From Bacteroidales bacterium (GTDB lineage Bacteria; Bacteroidota; Bacteroidia; Bacteroidales; UBA4417): a stretch of DNA of 64,000 bases. The stretch spans positions 766 to 64,765 of the forward strand of contig JBBSDC010000003.1 of assembly GCA_038249705.1 (NCBI GenBank), written 5' to 3'. The position numbers and the translations under genes are program-made. Below are positions 31,022 through 40,358 of this stretch, in pieces; positions within the stretch are counted from its first letter, which is position 1; each line of letters begins with the position of its first letter. The notes beneath the pieces were generated by a model. That model saw only the letters and a list, made by a program, of their open reading frames with translations. It had not been told where the DNA came from and did no database searches.

Positions 31022-32149
31022 ATGAAAACAAATAAAATTTTCAATACAATAATTACTCTGATGATTTTCATTGCAAGCGGGTGTGGAAATCAATCCGCAA
31101 CCGAACAGGAAACTGAAGAACAATCAGGTGATAGGATAGAAATAAGCATAGCCCAGTTTGAAGGCGACAGCATGAAAATCGGTGAACTGTCCATTCAGAA
31201 ATTTGAAGATGAAGTTATTTGCAATGGAAACATCACTGCTCCTACTAACGGAATTGCCCAGATCAGCACCCCGATTTCAGGAATCGTTGAATCCATCAGT
31301 TGTTCGATGGGCGATTATGTGCAAAAAGGAAAAACTCTTTGCATGATTTCGAGCAATGAGCTCATGATTATACAACAGGAATACACCGAAACTTCTGCCA
31401 GACTGAAACAATTAAAAACAGAATACGAAAGGAGTAAAAGCCTTTATGATGAGAAAATCGGAGCTGAGAAAGATTTTATAGCTACCGAAAGTGAGTATAA
31501 GGTTATGTTATCTAAATATCAATCACTTAAGCTACGGTTACAACTGTTTAAACTCAATATTTCAAAAATTGAAGCTGGCGAACTCTATTCCCTGTTTCCT
31601 GTTTTTTCGCCTATAAACGGCTATATCACAAGCCAGAATATGGTTTTAGGACAGTTTATTGAGCAGCAGAAAAACCTTGTCGAAATAGTTGATGTTAACA
31701 AGCTGCAGCTTCAGTTGTCAGTCTTCGAAAAAGAAATAGGTAAACTTAAAACAGGGCAAAACATACTTTTCAAAACCATGGGTGAAACAGCAGCTATGCA
31801 TACGGCCATGTTAATCTCCATTTCAAAAACTATTGATCCGGTTTCGAAAACTATTCTTTGCCTGGCAAAGATCACCGACAAAAAAGGCATGAACCTGGTA
31901 AACCGCTCCTTTATTGAGGCTCGTATAACAGTTAACCAGAAGGATGCTAATGCGTTACCCTCCGAATCCATCCTGAAATCAGGTAAAGACTATTTTATTT
32001 ATATTGTCGAAAAATCTGACAAGCAGACATATTTCCTGCGCAAGCAAAAAATTGAAATTGGTAAAACTTCGAAAGGATTTACCGAAATTACAGGTGATAC
32101 TGATTTCACGAAAGTATTGATAAAAGGAGTTTATAACTTGCCGGTTTAA
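31022..32149 (+). CDS. efflux RND periplasmic adaptor subunit (CzcB/HlyD-like lipoprotein)
   Basis: It has a lipobox (FIASGC), a lipoyl-like/coiled-coil hairpin (LKQLKTEYERSKSLYDEKIGAEKDF) and a beta-barrel domain. It starts 9 bp after the pump gene. Confidence 0.8.
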   Translation: MKTNKIFNTIITLMIFIASGCGNQSATEQETEEQSGDRIEISIAQFEGDSMKIGELSIQKFEDEVICNGNITAPTNGIAQISTPISGIVESISCSMGDYVQKGKTLCMISSNELMIIQQEYTETSARLKQLKTEYERSKSLYDEKIGAEKDFIATESEYKVMLSKYQSLKLRLQLFKLNISKIEAGELYSLFPVFSPINGYITSQNMVLGQFIEQQKNLVEIVDVNKLQLQLSVFEKEIGKLKTGQNILFKTMGETAAMHTAMLISISKTIDPVSKTILCLAKITDKKGMNLVNRSFIEARITVNQKDANALPSESILKSGKDYFIYIVEKSDKQTYFLRKQKIEIGKTSKGFTEITGDTDFTKVLIKGVYNLPV

Positions 32150-32188
32150 TAAACATGTCAAAGTGCTATTTTGAACTGTTGATCACAT

Positions 32189-32222
32189 AAAAAAAAGGCT
32201 GCCAATCTGGTAGCCTTTTTTT
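32189..32222. terminator. bidirectional rho-independent terminator
   Basis: A8 run, 8-bp stem aggctgcc / ggtagcct (one G-U pair), then T7. Confidence 0.7.
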
Positions 32223-32224
32223 AG

Positions 32225-32305
32225 TTCTGCTAAAGGGTTGAGTCTGATGGGGCACGATCCCAAAGGGCATCATGCTGAGGTTCAGCGCGAAGTCGTGGGT
32301 TTTTA
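32225..32305 (-). pseudogene. decayed ~80-bp fragment homologous to gcvP codons (LNRSMIPLGSCTMKLNAVAE region)
   Basis: By-eye alignment to 33771..33850 of the intact gcvP gives about 79% nt identity with two single-base indels. After correcting one indel, the minus strand reads PLGSCPIRLNPLAE against PLGSCTMKLNAVAE. Confidence 0.5.
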
Positions 32306-32393
32306 ATCTTAGTCAGGTTAAAATTTTAACTTTGTACCCGTTTCAGCTTAGATATAAATGAGTTTAATCTTATGTTGCCGTATTAAATAACAT

Positions 32394-32425
32394 AAAAAAA
32401 GCTGCCTTGGTCGGGCAGCTTTTTT
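32394..32425 (-). terminator. rho-independent terminator of gcvP (bidirectional architecture)
   Basis: A7 run, stem gctgcc / ggcagc, then T6, located 22 bp beyond the gcvP stop. Confidence 0.75.
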
Positions 32426-32447
32426 AATTTAGGAAAATATTTATGAA

Positions 32448-35333
32448 TTACTCTTTCACGTAACTCTCAATCGGCGCACAGGTGCAAATCAAATTCCGGT
32501 CGCCCCAGGCATCGTCGATACGGGTAACAGCAGGAAAGTATTTATCTTCCTTTGCACATGGCATCGGGAAAGCTGCAGTTTCGCGGGTATATGGCAGGGT
32601 CCAGTTGTCAGTAGTTACCATGGCCAGTGTATGAGGCGCATGTTTTATCACATTGTCATGTTTGTCGGTTCGGGCTTCTTCAATATCAGCAATCTCCTTG
32701 CGAATACTGATCATAGCATCCACAAAGCGGTCGAGTTCGCTGAGCGGCTCGCTTTCGGTAGGTTCAACCATAAGCGTTCCCATTACCGGGAAAGCGACTG
32801 TTGGCGCATGAAAACCATAGTCCATCAGGCGCTTGGCAATGTCGATAACTGCCACATCCGCTGTTTTCAGAAACTGGTTGCAATCGAGAATAAGTTCATG
32901 AGCAACTCTTCCTTTGCTACCGGTATAAAGGATTTTATAATGACCTTCGAGGCGTGTTTTAATGTAATTGGCTGTCAGGATTGCATATTTTGTTGCTTCG
33001 GTAAGACCATTGCCCCCGAGCAATTTGATATACGCATACGAAATGGGTAAAACCAGAGCGCTACCATATGGAGCAGCTGCAACAGCCTGAATTGCCTGAC
33101 TTCCACCGGTTTTCACCAAAGGATGACCAGGAAGGAAAGGCACGAGGTGCTCTGCAACGCCAATCGGGCCAACGCCCGGACCACCGCCACCGTGTGGTAT
33201 TGCAAAGGTTTTATGCAGATTCAGATGGCAAACATCAGCTCCGATTGTTCCAGGATTGGTAAGTCCGACCTGAGCATTCATGTTGGCACCATCCATGTAA
33301 ACTTGTCCACCATTTTCGTGAATAATAGCGGCAATTTCGAGGATACTTTCTTCGAAAACACCGTGTGTTGAAGGATAAGTAACCATAAGTGCTGAGAGAT
33401 CATTCTTATGCTTATCCGCTTTTTCGCGAAGATCAGCCATATCCACATTTCCGTTTGGATCGGTTTTCACAACTATCACATCCATACCGGCCATTGCGGC
33501 ACTGGCTGGATTTGTTCCGTGCGCGGAAGCAGGAATAAGGCAAACTTTCCGGTGTCCTTCGCCACGACTTTCGTGATACGCTTTAATTACCAGCAATCCG
33601 GCATACTCGCCCGAAGCGCCTGAATTAGGCTGCATCGAAACGGCTTTAAAACCGGTAATTTCGCATAACGCTTTTTCCAGTTCCCTGATCAGGATGTTGT
33701 AACCTTCGGTTTGATCGGCAGGAGCAAATGGGTGAATAGCGCCAAATTCGGGCCAGCTCAACGGAATAAGTTCAGCCACAGCGTTGAGTTTCATGGTACA
33801 CGATCCTAAAGGTATCATGCTGCGGTTCAGAGCCAGGTCGCGGTTTTCAAGTTTTTTAAGGAAACGCATCATTTCCGTTTCCGAATGGTAACTGTTAAAC
33901 ACGGATTCTTTCAGATATTCCGACTGACGATCCATTGACGGGGCAAAAGTGCGTATGAGACCACATTCGTCAGGATTGCACACAAATTCAATATATTGTT
34001 TTTTAGCTGCTGAGGCGAAAATATGCAGAACGAGGTTTACATCATCAAGCGAAGAGGTTTCGTCGAGGCTGATCCCAATTTTATCCTCACCAATATAATT
34101 GAAGTTTACATGACTTTCGACTGCCAGTTTACGTAAAACATCCATATTTACGCCATCGGGGATACTGATGAGTAAAGTGTCGAAGAAATTGGCATTCAGT
34201 TGTTTATAACCGTATTTCTGAACTTCAACAGCCAGCACGCCGGTAAGAATATTAATATGCCTTGCGATATCCCGGATACCTTTCGGTCCGTGGTAAACAG
34301 CATACATACCGGCCATAATAGCCAGCAATGCCTGGGCTGTACAGATATTGGATGTAGCGCGTTCGCGTTTGATATGTTGTTCGCGGGTTTGCAAAGCCAT
34401 GCGCAAAGCACGGTTGCCCTGAGCATCAACTGAAACGCCTATGATCCTGCCTGGAATAAAGCGTTTATATTCCTCTTTAGTTGCAAAAAAACCTGCATGT
34501 GGACCACCAAAACCCATTGGCACACCAAAACGTTGTGTGGTTCCAACCACAACATCAGCTCCCCATTCGCCCGGAGGTGTAAGCAAAGCCAGGCTCAGCA
34601 GGTCGGCAGCAACAGCCACAGCAATACCACTTTCGTGAGCGCGGTTTACCAGTTTGCGGTATTCGTGAACTTCGCCATACTGATTGGGATATTGAAGAAG
34701 CATGCCGTAAATCTCGGGCGAGGGTTCAAAGTCAGTACACGATTTTACAATGATTTTAATTCCAAGGTGTTTTGCACGGGTTTGAAGTACGGCAATAGTT
34801 TGTGGATAAGTGTTTACAGAAACAAGAAAAGTATTTGCTCCGGTTTTTACAGCATCTCGCGAACGTGCATTATGCAACATTATCATTGCTTCAGCCGCGG
34901 AAGTAGCCTCGTCAAGAAGTGACGCATTGGCTAAAGGCATCCCGGTCAGATCAGTGATCATCGTCTGATAGGTGAGCAAAGCTTCGAGGCGGCCCTGCGA
35001 AATTTCTGCCTGGTATGGTGTGTAAGATGTGTACCAGCCCGGGTTTTCGAATACATTTCTCAAAATCACACCAGGAGTAATGGTGTTGTAATACCCCATC
35101 CCGATGTATGATTTGAATACTTTGTTTTTTGAAGCAAGCGCTTTGATGTGATTCAGGTATTCGAATTCATTGAGTCCTGCCGGAATATTAAGCGGTTTTG
35201 GCAACCTGATGGAAGCAGGTACAGTTTCATCAATAAGCTGGTCGAGTGAAGTAACTCCGATAGCCTTTAACATGAGTTCGGTTTCATCCTTGCCCGGACC
35301 GTTGTGACGATCAATAAAATTGTTGGTAATCAT
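32448..35333 (-). CDS. gcvP: glycine dehydrogenase (aminomethyl-transferring), glycine cleavage P protein
   Basis: 961 aa single-chain P protein with YTPYQAEISQGRLEALL, LGSCTMKLN and the PLP-lysine motif NLHKTFAIPHGGGGPG. Confidence 0.95.
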   Translation of the reverse strand: MITNNFIDRHNGPGKDETELMLKAIGVTSLDQLIDETVPASIRLPKPLNIPAGLNEFEYLNHIKALASKNKVFKSYIGMGYYNTITPGVILRNVFENPGWYTSYTPYQAEISQGRLEALLTYQTMITDLTGMPLANASLLDEATSAAEAMIMLHNARSRDAVKTGANTFLVSVNTYPQTIAVLQTRAKHLGIKIIVKSCTDFEPSPEIYGMLLQYPNQYGEVHEYRKLVNRAHESGIAVAVAADLLSLALLTPPGEWGADVVVGTTQRFGVPMGFGGPHAGFFATKEEYKRFIPGRIIGVSVDAQGNRALRMALQTREQHIKRERATSNICTAQALLAIMAGMYAVYHGPKGIRDIARHINILTGVLAVEVQKYGYKQLNANFFDTLLISIPDGVNMDVLRKLAVESHVNFNYIGEDKIGISLDETSSLDDVNLVLHIFASAAKKQYIEFVCNPDECGLIRTFAPSMDRQSEYLKESVFNSYHSETEMMRFLKKLENRDLALNRSMIPLGSCTMKLNAVAELIPLSWPEFGAIHPFAPADQTEGYNILIRELEKALCEITGFKAVSMQPNSGASGEYAGLLVIKAYHESRGEGHRKVCLIPASAHGTNPASAAMAGMDVIVVKTDPNGNVDMADLREKADKHKNDLSALMVTYPSTHGVFEESILEIAAIIHENGGQVYMDGANMNAQVGLTNPGTIGADVCHLNLHKTFAIPHGGGGPGVGPIGVAEHLVPFLPGHPLVKTGGSQAIQAVAAAPYGSALVLPISYAYIKLLGGNGLTEATKYAILTANYIKTRLEGHYKILYTGSKGRVAHELILDCNQFLKTADVAVIDIAKRLMDYGFHAPTVAFPVMGTLMVEPTESEPLSELDRFVDAMISIRKEIADIEEARTDKHDNVIKHAPHTLAMVTTDNWTLPYTRETAAFPMPCAKEDKYFPAVTRIDDAWGDRNLICTCAPIESYVKE

Positions 35334-35370
35334 ATAGTTATGTATTATTTGTCGTTCCTTTTTGCTGTGG

Positions 35371-35378
35371 CAAAGATA
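35371..35378 (-). promoter_or_regulatory. candidate -7 promoter box (TATCTTTG)
   Basis: Exact TAnnTTTG, 37 nt upstream of the gcvP ATG. Confidence 0.4.
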
Positions 35379-35614
35379 ATAATCTTACTGTGACAGAATT
35401 AAAATCTTACGCAATTGTTAACTAATTAACCGAGATGTTTGTAATTCATTCATTAACTTTCATAATATACTGAATTACAATACAATTAAAATTCGGAAAT
35501 GCTGACATTGTGATACAATTTATTTTTTTAAGAAAGACTGTTGAAAAATTTTTGTTACAAACAATTGGAAGATAGTCAGTATTAAATTGAGGTTTTATTC
35601 TGAACCAGCAATTT

Positions 35615-37996
35615 CTAATCACTCATGCCCATAGAAGTATACAAAAAACTCACTTTTACATAAATATCCGAATTCCTGCCTTTATCGTCGCTGCATGATA
35701 TTTTTATCATTCCGGAAGTGGGAGTAAAAAACAATTTTTCGCCACGTGCAGCTTCCTTAAAAAACTTATCGTTAATGTACCAGTACACTTTATTTACATC
35801 GGATGTAGCCGTAAAAGCCAATTGCAGTTGCTGCTTCGCATTGGCATACAAAATATATTCTTTACCATCAGCGAGCGAAGTAATAACCGGATTATCATTA
35901 TGATAAACCCTGTTGCACAAAGGGTTATGTGGCGGAATTTTACGGTATGGGACCTGTTCTTCTTCGTAAAAAGCAATTAATCCCGGACTCAGATTTGGAA
36001 AATAATCAGTACGGTAACCTGTTTGTGGCATACACGAGCGGCAATAGGAAACACTGCCGGCTTCATCAACAAAAACTGGAATCAAATGGTCGCATTTCCG
36101 GTTTGGCGATACGGCAGGGATATAATCATCCATGATCAGATTAGTACATGATTCGCCGGGTGGCAATCCGGATTCGCTGCATACAAGCCGGAAATCAATT
36201 CCTTCGGGGCGAGTGAACCACACAGGTTTCTGATTAAAAGTGAGGTAGTTGAATATTTTAAAAAGCAATGGAGTGGCAAAATCAGCTCCTGAAAGTTCAG
36301 GAACGCCCGACCCGTCAAAGTTGCCAACCCAAACCCCAACAGTATAATCAGGGTTGTAACCGAAACTCCATGCATCGCGACGGCCATAGGAAGTTCCTGT
36401 TTTCCAGGCGATATGAGGAAGATTCACGGTATTTTCAAAGTTATTCGGCAAATCAGGACGCTTGAGACCGGTAAGTATTTCGTGGATCATCCAGGATGAT
36501 TGGGGACTGAAAAGTGTATCAGCTCCAAAAACTTCATCATCGGGTGAAAAAAGCAAAGGATATTTAATTCCACCGTTTGCCAGGCTGGCATAAAGATTCG
36601 TCAACTCAGTGAGAGTAACTCCGCAGCCTCCCAGAATTACCGAAAGGCCCAGTGTTTTTTTGCGTTCGCTAATCCATTTTAATCCGCCACGGCTGAGTTT
36701 CTCGTTCAGCATATCCACTCCTACCCTGTTTGCCAGATCAACCGCCGGGATATTGAGCGATAAGGCAAGGGCTTGCGAAGCAGTTAACCGCCCACGGAAA
36801 GTTTCATCGTAATTTAAAGGACGATAACCATTGAAATTCTGTGGGATATCCTGTAGAATCGTTTTTGGCGTAATGAGTCCGCGATCTATTGCAAGGGCAT
36901 ACAGAAAAGGTTTCAGTGCACTTCCGGGCGAACGAAGAGCTGAAGCCCCGTCAACCTGTCCCTGGAACTGATTTTCCATAAATCCGGCAGAGCCTACATA
37001 AGCAATAACGGCATGTTTGCGGTTATCAATCAGCACCACAGCGGCATTTCCAACACCCATTCCTCGGTACATATTCACATCGTTACGCACTGTGTTTTCG
37101 ACAAAATCCTGTACTCCTGAATTGATAAACGTTTTTATAACAGGATCGGAATCATGCATTCGGGTTAGCAGTCGCGATAAATGAGGCACTTGTTTCGGGG
37201 CACTTTGCCGTTTAGCTGTAAGAGGCTCAAGTAGAGCATCATCCAACGCCAGTTTATCAAAAATCTGATTCCTGTTAAGTTTTATCAGCCAGTAATTCCT
37301 TGCCTTAACAATACTTTCATTATGAATCCCTAACCGCCTGTGATTGGGATCGTTGGGGATAACTGCCAAAGTAACAATCTGAGCCAGACTAAGCGCCTGA
37401 GGTTCCTGTCCGAAATACAAAAAGGAAGCTGCTTTTACCCCTTGTATATTCCCGCCGTAAGGCAGCAGATTAATATACAACTCAAGTATTTCATTTTTAG
37501 AATGATGCAGTTCAAGCTGCAAAGCACGGAAACTTTCGAGGAGCTTATTCGCAATATTTCGCTTGCGCGGCTCAAGCATTTTCACCACTTGCATCGAAAT
37601 AGTTGAAGCACCTGATACCTGCTTTCCTGTTGCAATATTTTGCCAAAGTGCCCTGCCAACAGCAAAAGGATTTATTCCGGGATGAAACCTGAACCAGCGA
37701 TCCTCTTTATAAATAAGTGTTTTTATAAGCAAAGGATTTACTTCACCGATTTCCGCTTTCATTCGCCATTGCTGGTCCGACGATAAAGCGGCATTGAGCA
37801 GTTTTTGTTCGTCAGAAAGAATAAGCTTCGAATAATGAATTTTGGGTTTGAAAGGAAAAATTAAATCAATTGCAAAAAACAGAATAAAAACGAATAAAAC
37901 AGCAATTATACTGCGCTTCATAAAACGTGGCAAACCGGTAAACCAGGAATAAACAAATTCCTTAACACGAATAAATAATGCTTTTAATCCTGACAT
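35615..37996 (-). CDS. pbpC: penicillin-binding protein 1C (bifunctional transglycosylase/transpeptidase)
   Basis: It has an N-terminal TM helix, the GT51 motif KEDRWFRFHPGINP, transpeptidase motifs SALKPF and WKTGTS, and a C-terminal PBP1C-type beta domain. The length of 793 aa fits. Confidence 0.85.
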   Translation of the reverse strand: MSGLKALFIRVKEFVYSWFTGLPRFMKRSIIAVLFVFILFFAIDLIFPFKPKIHYSKLILSDEQKLLNAALSSDQQWRMKAEIGEVNPLLIKTLIYKEDRWFRFHPGINPFAVGRALWQNIATGKQVSGASTISMQVVKMLEPRKRNIANKLLESFRALQLELHHSKNEILELYINLLPYGGNIQGVKAASFLYFGQEPQALSLAQIVTLAVIPNDPNHRRLGIHNESIVKARNYWLIKLNRNQIFDKLALDDALLEPLTAKRQSAPKQVPHLSRLLTRMHDSDPVIKTFINSGVQDFVENTVRNDVNMYRGMGVGNAAVVLIDNRKHAVIAYVGSAGFMENQFQGQVDGASALRSPGSALKPFLYALAIDRGLITPKTILQDIPQNFNGYRPLNYDETFRGRLTASQALALSLNIPAVDLANRVGVDMLNEKLSRGGLKWISERKKTLGLSVILGGCGVTLTELTNLYASLANGGIKYPLLFSPDDEVFGADTLFSPQSSWMIHEILTGLKRPDLPNNFENTVNLPHIAWKTGTSYGRRDAWSFGYNPDYTVGVWVGNFDGSGVPELSGADFATPLLFKIFNYLTFNQKPVWFTRPEGIDFRLVCSESGLPPGESCTNLIMDDYIPAVSPNRKCDHLIPVFVDEAGSVSYCRSCMPQTGYRTDYFPNLSPGLIAFYEEEQVPYRKIPPHNPLCNRVYHNDNPVITSLADGKEYILYANAKQQLQLAFTATSDVNKVYWYINDKFFKEAARGEKLFFTPTSGMIKISCSDDKGRNSDIYVKVSFLYTSMGMSD

Positions 37997-38014
37997 ATCA
38001 GAAGCCGGAGTTCT

Positions 38015-40219
38015 TTAATTAACATTTATAATGCCTGTTCCTTTTTCAGTAATTCTACCGATAACTGTAGCATTTTCAACACCTTGCGCTTCTAAATTCA
38101 TCATAACCTGATCTTTGAAATTTTCAGGAATTGCAACGAGTAAACCGCCAGAAGTCTGTGCATCGCAGAACATTAACTTTTCAGTTTCTGATAACACAGC
38201 ATTCCATTTTATCCACTCCTGGTAAAAACTCAGGTTCTTGTATGTTCCGCCGGGAATGGCACCCGAAAGAGCAAGTTCTTTCACCAGATTCATAAAAGGC
38301 AGGGCATAAAAATCTATTTCAGCATTTACCTGGCTTCCACGGGTCATCTCACTCAAATGCCCGGCAAGTCCGAAACCCGTGATATCCGTACACGCATTCA
38401 CCTCAAATTTCGAAAAAACCTGCGCTGCTTTGCAATTAAGTTGCTTCATCCATTTGCAGGCTTCAGCGGCGGTTTCGTTACCGGCCAGACCGCTTTTAAC
38501 AGCCGTCGAAATGATTCCTGTTCCCAATGGTTTTGTAAGAATGAGGATATCACCGGGTTGGGCACCGATATTTTTCCATGCTTTTTCGGGGTGAACCAAA
38601 CCTGTAACACACATCCCGAATTTAGGCTCGGTATCGTCGATGCTATGTCCGCCAATAATGCTGATTCCGGCTTCGGCAGCCTTATCGGCAGCGCCAAGCA
38701 AAATCTGCTCAAGTACTTCAAGAGGAAGACGTTGCACTGGGAAAGCAACAATATTCAACGCAAAAAGTGGCTTTGCACCCATGGCGTAAATATCGCTTAG
38801 GGCATTGGCTGCAGCTATGGCTCCAAAATCATATGGATCATCAACAATAGGAGTAAAAAAGTCGAGTGTCTGAACGATTGCTTGTTCCGGATTTATCAGG
38901 TAAACTGCGGCATCGTCGCCTGAAGCATTGCCTACCAGCACATTAGGATCGGTTGTAAGCGGAAGATTTTTAAGAATACTTTCCAGGTCCGAAGGCTGCA
39001 TTTTGCAGGCGCAACCTAAACCATGGGTAAACTGAGTAAGCTTTACTTTTTCGCCCAATGATTGTAGTTTTGTAGCCTCAGTTGGTGAAGTTAGTGCTGA
39101 AAATGCTTCTCCAATCATTTCTGCTGCCGAAATCATTTCGTCTGATGTAGAGTATTTACCTGCCGAAAGCCGGATAGTGCCCATAGCAAACTCAGTTGTT
39201 ACGCCCATAGCCAACAAAACGTGCGAACTGGTAACGCCTGCCGGATGACAGGCAGCACCTGCGGAGGCAGCCAAGCGGGGTAAAGTTGACAATAAAGTAT
39301 CAGCCGGTATTCCACGGAAAGCAGCGCTTAGGGTGTTCGGCAAACTTTTATCTAAAACGGTATGAATATGCATGGATGGAATACGTGCAAGCAACTCATT
39401 GCGAAGCAGATCGCGCATTTCCGATAGATGTTTATTGTTTTTTGCCAGATCGCGGGCGGCAATTTCACAGGCTTTTCCAAAACCAACAATTTCGAGCAGA
39501 TTTTCGGTACCAGCCCGCAGGTTATGTTCCTGCCCTGCACCATGAATCAGGTTATCAAGAACAACACCTTTACGAATGTACAAAGCGCCAATTCCTTTGG
39601 GTGCATACAATTTATGGCCGGCAAGGGTAAGCAAATCCACCGCCAGATTGTCAACATTCACTTCTATTTTACCAGCGGATTGAGCAGCATCAGTATGAAA
39701 AAGGACTCCGTGTTTGTGAGCAATAGCAACCATTTCAGCAATCGGTTGTATGGTTCCAACTTCATTATTGGCATGCATTACCGAAACCAGAATGGTACGC
39801 GAAGTGATTAAACTTTCAAGTTTTGAGGCATCAACCAGGCAGTTGCTATCAACCGGCAGATATGAAATATCAAAACCTTGTTTCTGAAGCCAGGTGCATA
39901 CTTCGAGGATGGCTGGATGTTCAATGGTGGAAACAATTATATGATTTCCTTTATGGCGTAAAGCAAAAGCAGCACCTTTGAGTGCATGGTTGTCGGACTC
40001 GGAACCGCCACTGGTGAAAACAATTTCTTCAGGCGAAGCGCTAATCAATGCAGCAACCTGGCTGCGGGCTTCTTCCACTGCTTTCCGGGCATCAATACCA
40101 TACTTATACCGGCTTGATGGATTACCGAAATATGTATTAAGGTATGGTCGCATGGCTGCTTCTACTTCCGGATCGATGGGAGTTGTTGCGTTATAATCGA
40201 GGTAAATCAGATCGTTCAT
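38015..40219 (-). CDS. selD: fusion protein: NifS/IscS-like cysteine (selenocysteine) desulfurase plus selenide, water dikinase SelD
   Basis: The N-terminal half has MNDLIYLDYNATTP, the PLP lysine (LAGHKLYAPKGIGALY) and the active-site Cys (SAGAACHPAG). The C-terminal half starts at LTQFTHGLGCACKMQPSDLESIL (SelD Cys/Lys motif) and continues with the PurM-like fold. The likely start is the ATG at 40219, not the GTG at 40279. Confidence 0.85.
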   Translation of the reverse strand: MNDLIYLDYNATTPIDPEVEAAMRPYLNTYFGNPSSRYKYGIDARKAVEEARSQVAALISASPEEIVFTSGGSESDNHALKGAAFALRHKGNHIIVSTIEHPAILEVCTWLQKQGFDISYLPVDSNCLVDASKLESLITSRTILVSVMHANNEVGTIQPIAEMVAIAHKHGVLFHTDAAQSAGKIEVNVDNLAVDLLTLAGHKLYAPKGIGALYIRKGVVLDNLIHGAGQEHNLRAGTENLLEIVGFGKACEIAARDLAKNNKHLSEMRDLLRNELLARIPSMHIHTVLDKSLPNTLSAAFRGIPADTLLSTLPRLAASAGAACHPAGVTSSHVLLAMGVTTEFAMGTIRLSAGKYSTSDEMISAAEMIGEAFSALTSPTEATKLQSLGEKVKLTQFTHGLGCACKMQPSDLESILKNLPLTTDPNVLVGNASGDDAAVYLINPEQAIVQTLDFFTPIVDDPYDFGAIAAANALSDIYAMGAKPLFALNIVAFPVQRLPLEVLEQILLGAADKAAEAGISIIGGHSIDDTEPKFGMCVTGLVHPEKAWKNIGAQPGDILILTKPLGTGIISTAVKSGLAGNETAAEACKWMKQLNCKAAQVFSKFEVNACTDITGFGLAGHLSEMTRGSQVNAEIDFYALPFMNLVKELALSGAIPGGTYKNLSFYQEWIKWNAVLSETEKLMFCDAQTSGGLLVAIPENFKDQVMMNLEAQGVENATVIGRITEKGTGIINVN

Positions 40220-40246
40220 TTTTGTAAATTCTGGATTAAGATTTTT

Positions 40247-40358
40247 AACCACTAAGGCACTTAGAAAATTAAGAGGCACTAAGAAAATAAAAAAAATTGT
40301 TTCAGTTTTGATCTTTCTTTTTTAAAAACCACTAAGGCACTAAGAACACTAAGTGACA
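40247..40358. repeat. array of CACTAAG heptamers, including a 15-bp exact duplicate (aaccactaaggcact at 40247 and 40327)
   Basis: Seven CAC(T)TAAG-like units were read directly in the selU / nifS-selD spacer. The selU stop codon lies inside the last unit. Confidence 0.75.

Noticed and set aside
35334-35614. Looked for a glycine riboswitch in the gcvP leader.
   Set aside because: The 281-bp AT-rich leader shows none of the conserved GGAGAG...CACCG-type glycine aptamer cores on the minus strand. Only a TAnnTTTG promoter box is present.
40220-40279. N-terminal extensions offered by the ORF track (GTG at 40279). Analogous extensions occur at 10429, 9130, 57988, 49248 and 23622.
   Set aside because: Internal ATGs give canonical family N-termini or signal peptides, and the extensions run through promoter boxes or repeats. 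I chose the shorter models.
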